DNA of 64,000 nt from an uncultured Pseudomonadales bacterium (GTDB lineage: Bacteria > Patescibacteriota > Microgenomatia > UBA1400 > PJMF01). A program made the position numbers and the translations under genes. Under the pieces are notes generated by a model that saw nothing but the letters and a program-made list of their open reading frames with translations, searched no databases and had not been told where the DNA came from. The stretch covers positions 329,718 to 393,717 of the forward strand of contig CAZUHV010000001.1 of the NCBI GenBank assembly GCA_964620965.1, given 5' to 3'. This document shows, in pieces, positions 41,456 to 49,253 of this stretch (position 1 is the first letter of the stretch; each line of letters starts with the position of its first letter).

Positions 41456-41567
41456 GCCCTAATTGTTTAGTGAAAAGGTGTTTCACTCCACTTATTGACA
41501 GTTAGCAATTTAGCCTGGTATTGAGCTTGCTTTTATGCTAACTCTGGCTTATCATTAGTCAGGATAT

Positions 41568-42671
41568 ATGCCAATAATTGTGTCCCAAAATGGGAGAAAC
41601 GCCACTAAATTAGACAAAATCAGCTTCGGTTTGGAGAATAAACTACAAGCTTACATCTACGATAATCCAGAAAGCATTCCTTTGTATGACATTAAAGACG
41701 ATATTCGCTTGCTGATTCTGGCTCGGGAGTTTGGCACAACTAGTGGACCCATCGATGCTGTAGGTATTGATGGCGATGGTCAGCTCTATTTGATAGAAAC
41801 CAAGCTCTATAAGAATCCCGACAAACGAACAGTAGTTGCTCAGGTTTTGGATTATGGTGCTTCACTCTGGAAAAGCCTTAACGACTTTGATGACTTCCTT
41901 CTCCAGCTCAACGGTCATGTGCAAAAGAAATTTGGTATGTCAGCGACTGAAAAGATTAAAACCTTCTTTGGCATTGATGATGAGCGATTACAGACTGTAC
42001 TAGAGCAAATGAAGCTTAACCTAGATGAAGGCAACTTCAAGTTCGTAGTGCTGATGGACAGCATGGAAGACAGGCTTAAAGATCTAATCGTCTACATGAA
42101 CCAAAACAGCAAGTTCGATATCTATGGCGTGGAGTTGGAGTATTACCAACATGATAGTTTTGAAATTCTCATCCCGAAGATTTACGGTGCTCAAGTCAAA
42201 AAAGATGTGGGTAGCAAGCGAGTGAGTTCAACGGTTATCTCTGACGAAGAATTTATCCAAGCCTTTGAACAGCCAGTGCAGCCAGTTGTGCAAAGTATCA
42301 TGCAACTAAGTGCTGACATTTCCGCAGGGGGCATATCCATTCAGGGATTATCGAGTCGTAAAACTCCTAAAAACATCAACTTCTACTTCACCTACTCTGA
42401 CCAAGAGAAAAATGCACTAACTGTAACGATCGGAGTAAATGGTGGCATTGCTGGCAAAACACTAGACTTCTGGTGTAATAACCCAGAGAGATTGGAGCAA
42501 GTAACTACTTCTATTCAAGAGGTGCTCGGGATTGAAACTAAACACCTACCAACTGGTACAGGTTATGGCATTGTGGCAAAGTGGGATTTAAAGGAAGTGA
42601 GTATAGACAAGCTAATTTTATTGTTTGAACATATTGTGAAACTTAGAACAATCGAAAGTTCTAGTCTATAA
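41568..42671 (+). CDS. Hypothetical protein with N-terminal PD-(D/E)xK (NucS/RecB-like) nuclease-type motif
   Basis: 367 aa; IDAVGIDGDGQLYLIETKLYKNP...QVLDYG resembles the D-x(n)-E-x-K plus Q..Y core of NucS/DUF91-type nucleases. The C-terminal 200 aa are unrecognised. Confidence 0.35.
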   Translation: MPIIVSQNGRNATKLDKISFGLENKLQAYIYDNPESIPLYDIKDDIRLLILAREFGTTSGPIDAVGIDGDGQLYLIETKLYKNPDKRTVVAQVLDYGASLWKSLNDFDDFLLQLNGHVQKKFGMSATEKIKTFFGIDDERLQTVLEQMKLNLDEGNFKFVVLMDSMEDRLKDLIVYMNQNSKFDIYGVELEYYQHDSFEILIPKIYGAQVKKDVGSKRVSSTVISDEEFIQAFEQPVQPVVQSIMQLSADISAGGISIQGLSSRKTPKNINFYFTYSDQEKNALTVTIGVNGGIAGKTLDFWCNNPERLEQVTTSIQEVLGIETKHLPTGTGYGIVAKWDLKEVSIDKLILLFEHIVKLRTIESSSL

Positions 42672-42678
42672 TGAGCAT

Positions 42679-42876
42679 ATGAATAAAATAATGATTAGGG
42701 TGTTTCTGCTATTAGCTGGTATTGCTATCACATTTCATTATTTACTCCCTGCGTTTGCGAGAAACCAGTGTGCTCACAACCTTCAAGACAAGTCTAACTA
42801 TCAACTGGAACGAGAGAAGGATGTTTATAGATATCGCTTCTTCACTTGCCTTTCGTATTATGGAGTTGAAAAATGA
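42679..42876 (+). CDS. Small membrane protein (1 TM)
   Basis: 65 aa; hydrophobic segment VFLLLAGIAITFHYLL. ATGA overlap with the next gene. Confidence 0.35.
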   Translation: MNKIMIRVFLLLAGIAITFHYLLPAFARNQCAHNLQDKSNYQLEREKDVYRYRFFTCLSYYGVEK

Positions 42877-43283
42877 CAAGAAAACAACTTTTATTATCTG
42901 ATCTAAGAGAAAAACTAAATAAAAACAAAGCCTTTCCGATTTATAAGAAAAAGATTAGTAATGATGATTTGAAGTTGGTATTTACTGACAAAGAACTCAA
43001 GAAAAAATCTGGTCTCAAAACTTATACGCTTATATTTGGAATATTTGTTTTACTAACTGGCTTATTTTCAATTGACCTTGTACGAATGTTTGTTGGATTA
43101 GTTTTTGTATTTGTGTCAATGTTTATGGAAAACCCAAATATTAAATTCTTGAAGGAAAGAATTAAAAAAAGCCCAGATCATCTGATTAGTGCATTTGAAA
43201 ATGGTTTAGTAACTTTTCACCTAATGGGCGGTTTCGGAACTATTTCTAAAGATGATACCCAGTTGGTTGAAGATGAGGAATAG
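42873..43283 (+). CDS. Membrane protein (2 TM)
   Basis: 136 aa; hydrophobic helices TYTLIFGIFVLLTGLFSI and FVGLVFVFVSMF; acidic C-terminus. Confidence 0.4.
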   Translation: MTRKQLLLSDLREKLNKNKAFPIYKKKISNDDLKLVFTDKELKKKSGLKTYTLIFGIFVLLTGLFSIDLVRMFVGLVFVFVSMFMENPNIKFLKERIKKSPDHLISAFENGLVTFHLMGGFGTISKDDTQLVEDEE

Positions 43284-43286
43284 CAT

Positions 43287-44204
43287 ATGAGTAAAGTTGT
43301 GAAACATGGTGACTCGCATGGTATCTATAGAACTGAGGATGGTGAGATTATTTATGGAGAAAGTCGTTTTGTTTTCATCAAAAACTTAAGCTATTACCTC
43401 GCTGAGTTAAAAATTTATGCCGATGGAATGGTTGATTGCTGGGGGTTGATTGATCTTGATGAATTAAAAGAAAAACTTGATAGTGGTTGGATAACCTTAA
43501 GTATTCCCAATGGAGCAAGTGTTGATATCCACATGTTAAGCTCACTTAAAGTCAGTGAAGCAAATAACTACATATCAAATCAGGAATTCCTCAAAGAAAT
43601 TCAAGACACCATCTCTGATTTAAATGATCAGCCGACTTCTTTAGAATTGTGCAGAAATGCATATGAAAAATACCTAGACGATAAAAGTACTGAAAACAAA
43701 ATAAAGTTAAGAAAAGCTTACTATGCTATGCCGAAGCATATGAGACACTTTGTTTTGGGAGATATGCAGGCGAAAGATTCACCAATTACATCAATTATCG
43801 ATACAGTGGACTTAGATGAAGTTGAACCAAAATTTCCATTTAAAAAAGATGAAAAATTCATTGAGTTATATAAGCAAGTTGCTCAAGATAAAATTCCTTA
43901 TTATTGGGCAGTGATAAAAATTGATGGCATTAAGCCGTTTAGTGATGCTGATGTTGAAATTGAAGATAGTTTTAGAAAACATTTCTTAGAAAAATATACT
44001 GAGGGCAAGCCTATTTCAATTCATGTATATCAGGATGGTGATGTTTTCATTATGAGTGATGACTATATGAGTTTTACCCTTTATAAGGGACTAGGTGTGA
44101 AGACAATACCTTGTTTAGTAATGGGAGATCCTGTCGGAGACCACGTGATAGATAAAATGAAAATCCGCTTTCAAGCACCAACAGTTGTAGTTAATCAGGA
44201 GTAA
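43287..44204 (+). CDS. Hypothetical protein
   Basis: 305 aa soluble ORF; no motif recognised. Starts 4 nt after the previous gene. Confidence 0.4.
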   Translation: MSKVVKHGDSHGIYRTEDGEIIYGESRFVFIKNLSYYLAELKIYADGMVDCWGLIDLDELKEKLDSGWITLSIPNGASVDIHMLSSLKVSEANNYISNQEFLKEIQDTISDLNDQPTSLELCRNAYEKYLDDKSTENKIKLRKAYYAMPKHMRHFVLGDMQAKDSPITSIIDTVDLDEVEPKFPFKKDEKFIELYKQVAQDKIPYYWAVIKIDGIKPFSDADVEIEDSFRKHFLEKYTEGKPISIHVYQDGDVFIMSDDYMSFTLYKGLGVKTIPCLVMGDPVGDHVIDKMKIRFQAPTVVVNQE

Positions 44205-44213
44205 CTTTCTAGC

Positions 44214-44246
44214 CTAGACTTTCCATCCTTTCGCGGTACCTTGTCG
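44214..44246. repeat. Direct repeat copy 1 (CTAGACTTTCC...TCGCGGTACCTTGT) upstream of the serine recombinase
   Basis: Shares CTAGACTTNCC-N7-TCGCGGTACCTTGT with a second copy at 44413-44445. Followed by CTTGTC-N8-GACAAG inverted repeat. Confidence 0.6.
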
Positions 44247-44384
44247 CTGTATGGACAAGACTACATTGCTAAAACTCATTAAACGGTGTGAGTACTATTT
44301 CTATCGCTATCTCGTAACTGGCGACAAACGGCTCATCGATAAGTTTTTCCAACACAGTAGACGACTCAAAAATGAGGTTAGCAA

Positions 44385-44627
44385 ATGATGCCAAAAAACC
44401 TCGATTCCACAGCTAGACTTACCCAAGAATCGCGGTACCTTGTGTCCTTGATGAAAGACATAATACCAGATCATAAACTTCAAAAAGCAATCAAGATTTT
44501 GGACCAATGCATATTTGCCATCAAATTTTATGAAAAAACTGGGCAAGACAAGTACATTGATGAACTTACTTGGGCGGTACGAAGACTGAATCAATTTTTG
44601 AACGAGAAAGGAGAAAACCATGACTGA
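44385..44627 (+). CDS. Small hypothetical protein upstream of, and overlapping, the serine recombinase (possible excision/directionality or regulatory factor)
   Basis: 80 aa ORF. Contains direct-repeat copy 2 inside its 5' end. Function is inferred from position only. Confidence 0.3.
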   Translation: MMPKNLDSTARLTQESRYLVSLMKDIIPDHKLQKAIKILDQCIFAIKFYEKTGQDKYIDELTWAVRRLNQFLNEKGENHD

Positions 44628-45924
44628 TATTCGCTACTGCCTATATGCCAGAAAATCGAGTGAGTCGGATGAGCGCCAAGCAATGAGTATTGATGGACAA
44701 ATTAGTGAGATGCTCAAGATTGCCAAGCGGGAAAAAGTAAATGTGGTTGAAACAATTACTGAAAGTCATTCCGCCAAAGAGTCTGGTCAGCGACCTGAGT
44801 TCAACATTCTACTCAGTAAACTATATGAAGGAAAGTTCAACGCTATTTTAACTTGGGCACCCGACCGTCTCAGTCGTAATGCTGGAGATCTAGGAAGAAT
44901 AGTTGATTTAATGGATCAGGGAAAGCTCATCCAAATAAAAACCTATTCGCAATCATTCACCAACAATCCTAACGAAAAATTCCTCCTCATGATTTTATGT
45001 AGTCAGGCAAAGCTTGAGAATGATAATCGAGGCGTGAATGTAAAACGAGGTTTAAGAAATAAATGTGAGTTTGGCATCAGACCAGGACTTGCTCCAATTG
45101 GTTACACCAATGTGTTGAAAGCTAACCGCATCTCAACAGTTGAACAAGATACACAGCGAGCACCCATTATTAAAGAAATCTTTGAAAAAGTTGCGTACCA
45201 AGGATACTCAGGCAGAATGGTTAAAAAGTGGCTCGATGACATCGATTTTCGAACCAAAAGTGGCTGTCGGATGCCTCTGAGTAAAGTCTATGTAGCTCTG
45301 CAAAATTCATTTTATTATGGTGAATTTCAATACGGCGATAAGTGGTACAAAGGAACGCATAAACCTCTGATCAGTAAGACTCTATTCGAGAAGGTACAGA
45401 TCCAACTACAAGTTGCTCCCAAGCAATGGAATAAACAACTTTTCCCATTCAAAAAGATTTGTAAATGCGGATCATGCGGTGGAAGCGTGACAGCTGAAAT
45501 TAAGTATCGAAGAACAAAAGCAAACCAAGTGAATACTCACATTTACTATCATTGTAATCGTATCAAAAAATATGACTGCAAAGAGCCATACATTACAGAA
45601 GAAGAGTTGATTAAACAGCTGATTGGTCATCTACCTGCAATCAAGCTCAACACAAAATATTTGATAGCTGAGTTTGAAACTGAAGTTAAGCGACTTCAGC
45701 ATCTAAAAGCTACGGTGATAGATAAATTCACGCCAAGGTTTGAACTAACACAGCATAATACTGGAGCTGAAAATACTGATGAAGTATCTAGCTCGCAAAC
45801 AGAAATCATTAGAGAATATTTGCTCCATGTACTTCAGTACGGAACTCCCGAGGAGAGATTGAAAATATTGGGTGGGGTGAAGTCAAAATTTGAATTGAAA
45901 GATAGAAAAATTGAGTTACTCTAA
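44620..45924 (+). CDS. Large serine recombinase (resolvase/invertase catalytic domain plus recombinase domain plus zinc ribbon)
   Basis: N-terminal YARKSSESDERQAMSIDGQ catalytic Ser motif, central recombinase domain, CKCGSCGG...YYHCNR zinc-ribbon; 434 aa. Confidence 0.85.
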   Translation: MTDIRYCLYARKSSESDERQAMSIDGQISEMLKIAKREKVNVVETITESHSAKESGQRPEFNILLSKLYEGKFNAILTWAPDRLSRNAGDLGRIVDLMDQGKLIQIKTYSQSFTNNPNEKFLLMILCSQAKLENDNRGVNVKRGLRNKCEFGIRPGLAPIGYTNVLKANRISTVEQDTQRAPIIKEIFEKVAYQGYSGRMVKKWLDDIDFRTKSGCRMPLSKVYVALQNSFYYGEFQYGDKWYKGTHKPLISKTLFEKVQIQLQVAPKQWNKQLFPFKKICKCGSCGGSVTAEIKYRRTKANQVNTHIYYHCNRIKKYDCKEPYITEEELIKQLIGHLPAIKLNTKYLIAEFETEVKRLQHLKATVIDKFTPRFELTQHNTGAENTDEVSSSQTEIIREYLLHVLQYGTPEERLKILGGVKSKFELKDRKIELL

Positions 45925-45929
45925 AAAAA

Positions 45930-46472
45930 TTAAAGAACTGGTTCAAAATCCCATTTCGATTCGTAGTCTACAGCCAACGGGGTGTCAATTGGATAGCCAT
46001 CATTTTCCAAGCCTATTCTAAATCTTCTCAAATTTGTGTCGCTTTCCTCAGTCTTTGTAGACAACCAATATTGATGTTGTTCTCTAACGTAGTTAGCCAC
46101 AATATTGCTTGGTACAACAAAAAATCTAAATACTTGTTCAGAAGAGATATTTACGAAAATATAAAATAGATTGGGATCAACAATAGTTTCATGCTTCTCA
46201 GACATCATTCAGTCAAATGTATTGCCAAACATTCTTGATTTATATGCGTTGTCTCTATAGTGAGTTTTAACCTCAATTTTAAACATTCTTCCTGTTTCGG
46301 GGTCAGCCACCAAGATATCAACGCTTTTAGTATTACCCAATGTCATGTTGGCATCATAACCATACAGAGTAAGTTGAGATAAAACAGCAAACTCACCTGC
46401 CAAAGCAATAGAATTATTTGAAAGATTACGCATTCCTTCAGTATAACAAGGAACAAAAAAGCTTAGAACCAA
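45930..46472 (-). pseudogene. PD-(D/E)xK nuclease-family (Hjc/restriction-endonuclease-like) gene split by an in-frame TGA (46209-46211)
   Basis: ORFs 46209-46472 and 45930-46208 are in the same frame, separated only by TGA (...MFGNTFD*MMSEKHE...). The N-terminal part has the VDILVADPETGRMFKIEVKT motif. Confidence 0.5.
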
Positions 46473-46618
46473 CGACTTTTCCTTCCAAGCGTTTTTAGGC
46501 GATTTTCTAGCTTACAGGCCTCTTTTGCGACCCCCATGCCTTTTGTGGAAAATTAAGTAAGATACATCAATCTATTTGAGCATAGTAGGTGGGTCTTGGA
46601 GCAACCAAGGGGTGTTTG

Positions 46619-46702
46619 CGGAGGTGAAGGGATTCGAACCCTTGAATCCAATAAGGATCACGCTTTCCAGGCGTGTGCAATTGACCACTATGCGACACCT
46701 CC
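46619..46702 (-). tRNA. tRNA-Ser (anticodon GGA), class II with long variable arm; CCA not encoded
   Basis: Minus-strand sequence GGAGGTG-TC-GCA-TAGTGGTCAAT-TGC-A-CACGC-CTGGAAA-GCGTG-(15-nt variable arm)-AAGGG-TTCGAAT-CCCTT-CACCTCC-G. All stems pair. Confidence 0.85.
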
Positions 46703-46760
46703 AAAAAGTTCTGGTAAGAAATTTATTATAACAAAAAATCCAATAAAAACCTGAGAAGAT

Positions 46761-47243
46761 TTACTCAATATCCAGGTTTTCAACAGCCTTTACCATTCCA
46801 GGATGTCCTAAGAAACTGTCTTGCTTCTCTAAAATTTCTTCTCTTGAATACCACCTCGCTGCATAAATATCTTCTTGAGCTGGGTTGTGAGAGACATCAA
46901 GTGCTGGATCGCCCACTACGCTACATTGATATCCAATACAAACTATATGGACTCCACTTTTTTCTGGAGAATCGTGCTCCTTTTCTCCCAGAACAAAATC
47001 CCATGCTCCTACAACTTTTCCGACTTCAATTTCTAAACCAACTTCTTCTTGCACTTCTCTTTTAAGTGCAGAAAGTAAATCTTCACCAAACTCAATTCCT
47101 CCTCCAGGAAAATCAATTATTTCAACTGGATTACCTTCTCTCATAACATTTTCATGAATCATGAGGATCTTCCGCTCGTGCACAATCAGTGCTTTTACAC
47201 CAGGACGCATTCTTTGTTTTTGTTGCAAATGATCTGTAGACAT
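46761..47243 (-). CDS. NUDIX hydrolase
   Basis: Nudix box GGGIEFGEDLLSALKREVQEEVGLE, 160 aa. Confidence 0.85.
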   Translation of the reverse strand: MSTDHLQQKQRMRPGVKALIVHERKILMIHENVMREGNPVEIIDFPGGGIEFGEDLLSALKREVQEEVGLEIEVGKVVGAWDFVLGEKEHDSPEKSGVHIVCIGYQCSVVGDPALDVSHNPAQEDIYAARWYSREEILEKQDSFLGHPGMVKAVENLDIE

Positions 47244-47315
47244 ATAACAGAATTATCTCACAAATATAAAATCGTTTATGAAGAAAAAACAACCAAAATT
47301 ATTTGAGCAAATAGA

Positions 47316-47738
47316 CTACCAAGCACCTAAAACGAAGCCAAACATCGTGAATAATACAAGTTGGTATCCAGCTTGAATAAGAAATCGTGCTCTTTTATTT
47401 TCTGATTTTTCATTTGTCCACATTGCTGAACCGGCAAGTGTAGGAACAATAAATGCAATCCAAACCCAAAATGCATTGGTTATACCAGAAACATCACTCC
47501 AGCCCTTAACATAATATGCAAAAACATATACCTGGAACAAAGTAATCAAAAACTGAACCATGTACATTGGACCAGCTTCCTTCTGCATTTTTTTAATTGC
47601 TTTTGTATCTTTTGGATCTGTTCCAAGAATTTCCATCCACTTTTTACCAAAAAGCGGACCATACCAAACCGCACCTAGAACCATAGAAAGTACAGCACAA
47701 ACAAAAACTGCCATATAATTAATTTGTAAATATTCCAT
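47316..47738 (-). CDS. DUF1761-family small membrane protein
   Basis: Start at MEYLQINYMAVF (RBS AAGGATCG upstream). Four hydrophobic helices; conserved GAVWYGPLFGKKW-type N-terminus. Confidence 0.5.
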   Translation of the reverse strand: MEYLQINYMAVFVCAVLSMVLGAVWYGPLFGKKWMEILGTDPKDTKAIKKMQKEAGPMYMVQFLITLFQVYVFAYYVKGWSDVSGITNAFWVWIAFIVPTLAGSAMWTNEKSENKRARFLIQAGYQLVLFTMFGFVLGAW

Positions 47739-47834
47739 ATACCGATCCTTTTTTATATAACTACTCACTCAAGTTTAGCATATTCTAATACACAACGAAA
47801 ATGTTATAATTCAAGTCTGAAGAAAATTAACAGT

Positions 47835-47922
47835 GGAGGCATCGCATAGTGGCCAATTGCAACAGGTTGCTAACCTGTACCAGATTTCTGGTTCCTGGGT
47901 TCAAATCCCAGTGCCTCCGCCA
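47835..47922 (+). tRNA. tRNA-Ser (anticodon GCU), class II; CCA encoded
   Basis: GGAGGCA-TC-GCA-TAGTGGCCAAT-TGC-A-ACAGG-TTGCTAA-CCTGT-(variable arm ACCAGATTTCTGGTT)-CTGGG-TTCAAAT-CCCAG-TGCCTCC-G-CCA. Confidence 0.85.
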
Positions 47923-47928
47923 AGAAAT

Positions 47929-49251
47929 ATGCAAAGTAAGATTGAGTCTTTAGTTGAAAAGGCTCTCCCGTTTTCTTTAAAAGAAAAAGAGACCCTGCCA
48001 CATTTACAAACTAGCTTTTCTCAAGAATTAGAGAAACTATTAGGAACAGAGTTTGCAGATTGGGCGCTCACGCTCCCAAAAGAAATCTTCCAACAAATAG
48101 AAGCTTTACACCAACCAAGTATTCTTAATAACAAAAATGAAAATAATCATTGGCAGTACGAACTAAATATGGTTCGAGCTGTCTGTGAATTACGGCGAGA
48201 AATACTTCTCTTCTTTAATGTCCCAGAATCTGGTCCCGAATACACACAATTCATGCAAGAATTGCTATTTATGATTATCATTAGTGATATTGGAAAAGCC
48301 GGTCCAGAAAAATATTCAGAAAAAAAACCTTCTGCAGTTGCTGCAAGGATTTACAACAATGTAATTTTAGAAAATAAACATGGAGAAAAAATAAAAGAAG
48401 TTGGTATAAAAGAACTATTCTCAAAAAGTAGTGAACAATTTTATGGATCAACGGTAATCACACAAAGAGTGAGACAAATTATTTACCAAATTAGCGGAAG
48501 CAAAAAAAAGTCATTTCGTGAGTTTGCAGCAGCAATTACTAATTCACAAAAAAGTAATACTACGCTTATATCAGAAATGAGTGAGCAACTACAAGAAATT
48601 TTAGAAGGTGGCAAAGTAAGATCTCTCCCAATAGAACTTGCACTTATTGTTGCAAGAAAAATAGCAATTACCGAACTCATTGAATCAGAACAAAACGGAC
48701 AAAAACTTGGCATTCGTAAAAAAAGAAAACAAATTACTCAAATACGAAAAACATTTAGTTTAACTGATGCGGAAAAACAGTTTCTAGATTCTCACGGATT
48801 TGCAACAGACACCCGCCCAATTGGAGATTTTTATTCTCAATCCCACATACAATTTGGAAAACAATTTTTGTTTTCGCTTAACCTTACTGGCCGGCTGAGG
48901 AATCGTGCGCTTCTTGGACTCAAACATCATTTTGTTCAAGGTGTTCTTCCAGATTCAAGAGAAAATAATGCACTTTTTATTCGCAGATCAAAAACTGATC
49001 CAAATATCCTCCGAGATTTAAAAATTGTAGCCTTCCTAGAAATGCTTGATAAAGTTGAAGCATCTGTTCATCGGCCACCATATGGAAATCCATTTACTGG
49101 TGAAAATCCAGAAAAATTCATGCAAGCAATTAAACAAAACTTAAAAACTAACTATACAAAAAACCATGAATACTTGGCTTCTGTTTATGAAGAAGTGTTT
49201 ACTGCCATGCAAAATATGGGGATATTTCAGTTCGTTAGAGCACTCAAGTAA
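47929..49251 (+). CDS. Hypothetical protein (about 440 aa)
   Basis: Long ORF. Start moved to MQSKIES at 47929 because the ORF-track start overlaps the tRNA. No motif recognised. Confidence 0.45.
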   Translation: MQSKIESLVEKALPFSLKEKETLPHLQTSFSQELEKLLGTEFADWALTLPKEIFQQIEALHQPSILNNKNENNHWQYELNMVRAVCELRREILLFFNVPESGPEYTQFMQELLFMIIISDIGKAGPEKYSEKKPSAVAARIYNNVILENKHGEKIKEVGIKELFSKSSEQFYGSTVITQRVRQIIYQISGSKKKSFREFAAAITNSQKSNTTLISEMSEQLQEILEGGKVRSLPIELALIVARKIAITELIESEQNGQKLGIRKKRKQITQIRKTFSLTDAEKQFLDSHGFATDTRPIGDFYSQSHIQFGKQFLFSLNLTGRLRNRALLGLKHHFVQGVLPDSRENNALFIRRSKTDPNILRDLKIVAFLEMLDKVEASVHRPPYGNPFTGENPEKFMQAIKQNLKTNYTKNHEYLASVYEEVFTAMQNMGIFQFVRALK

Positions 49252-49253
49252 CT

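Noticed and set aside
47833-47928. 5' extension of ORF 47833-49251 (MEASHSGQLQQVANLYQ...)
   Set aside because: This stretch is the tRNA-Ser(GCU) gene itself (perfect cloverleaf with CCA). The real CDS starts downstream.
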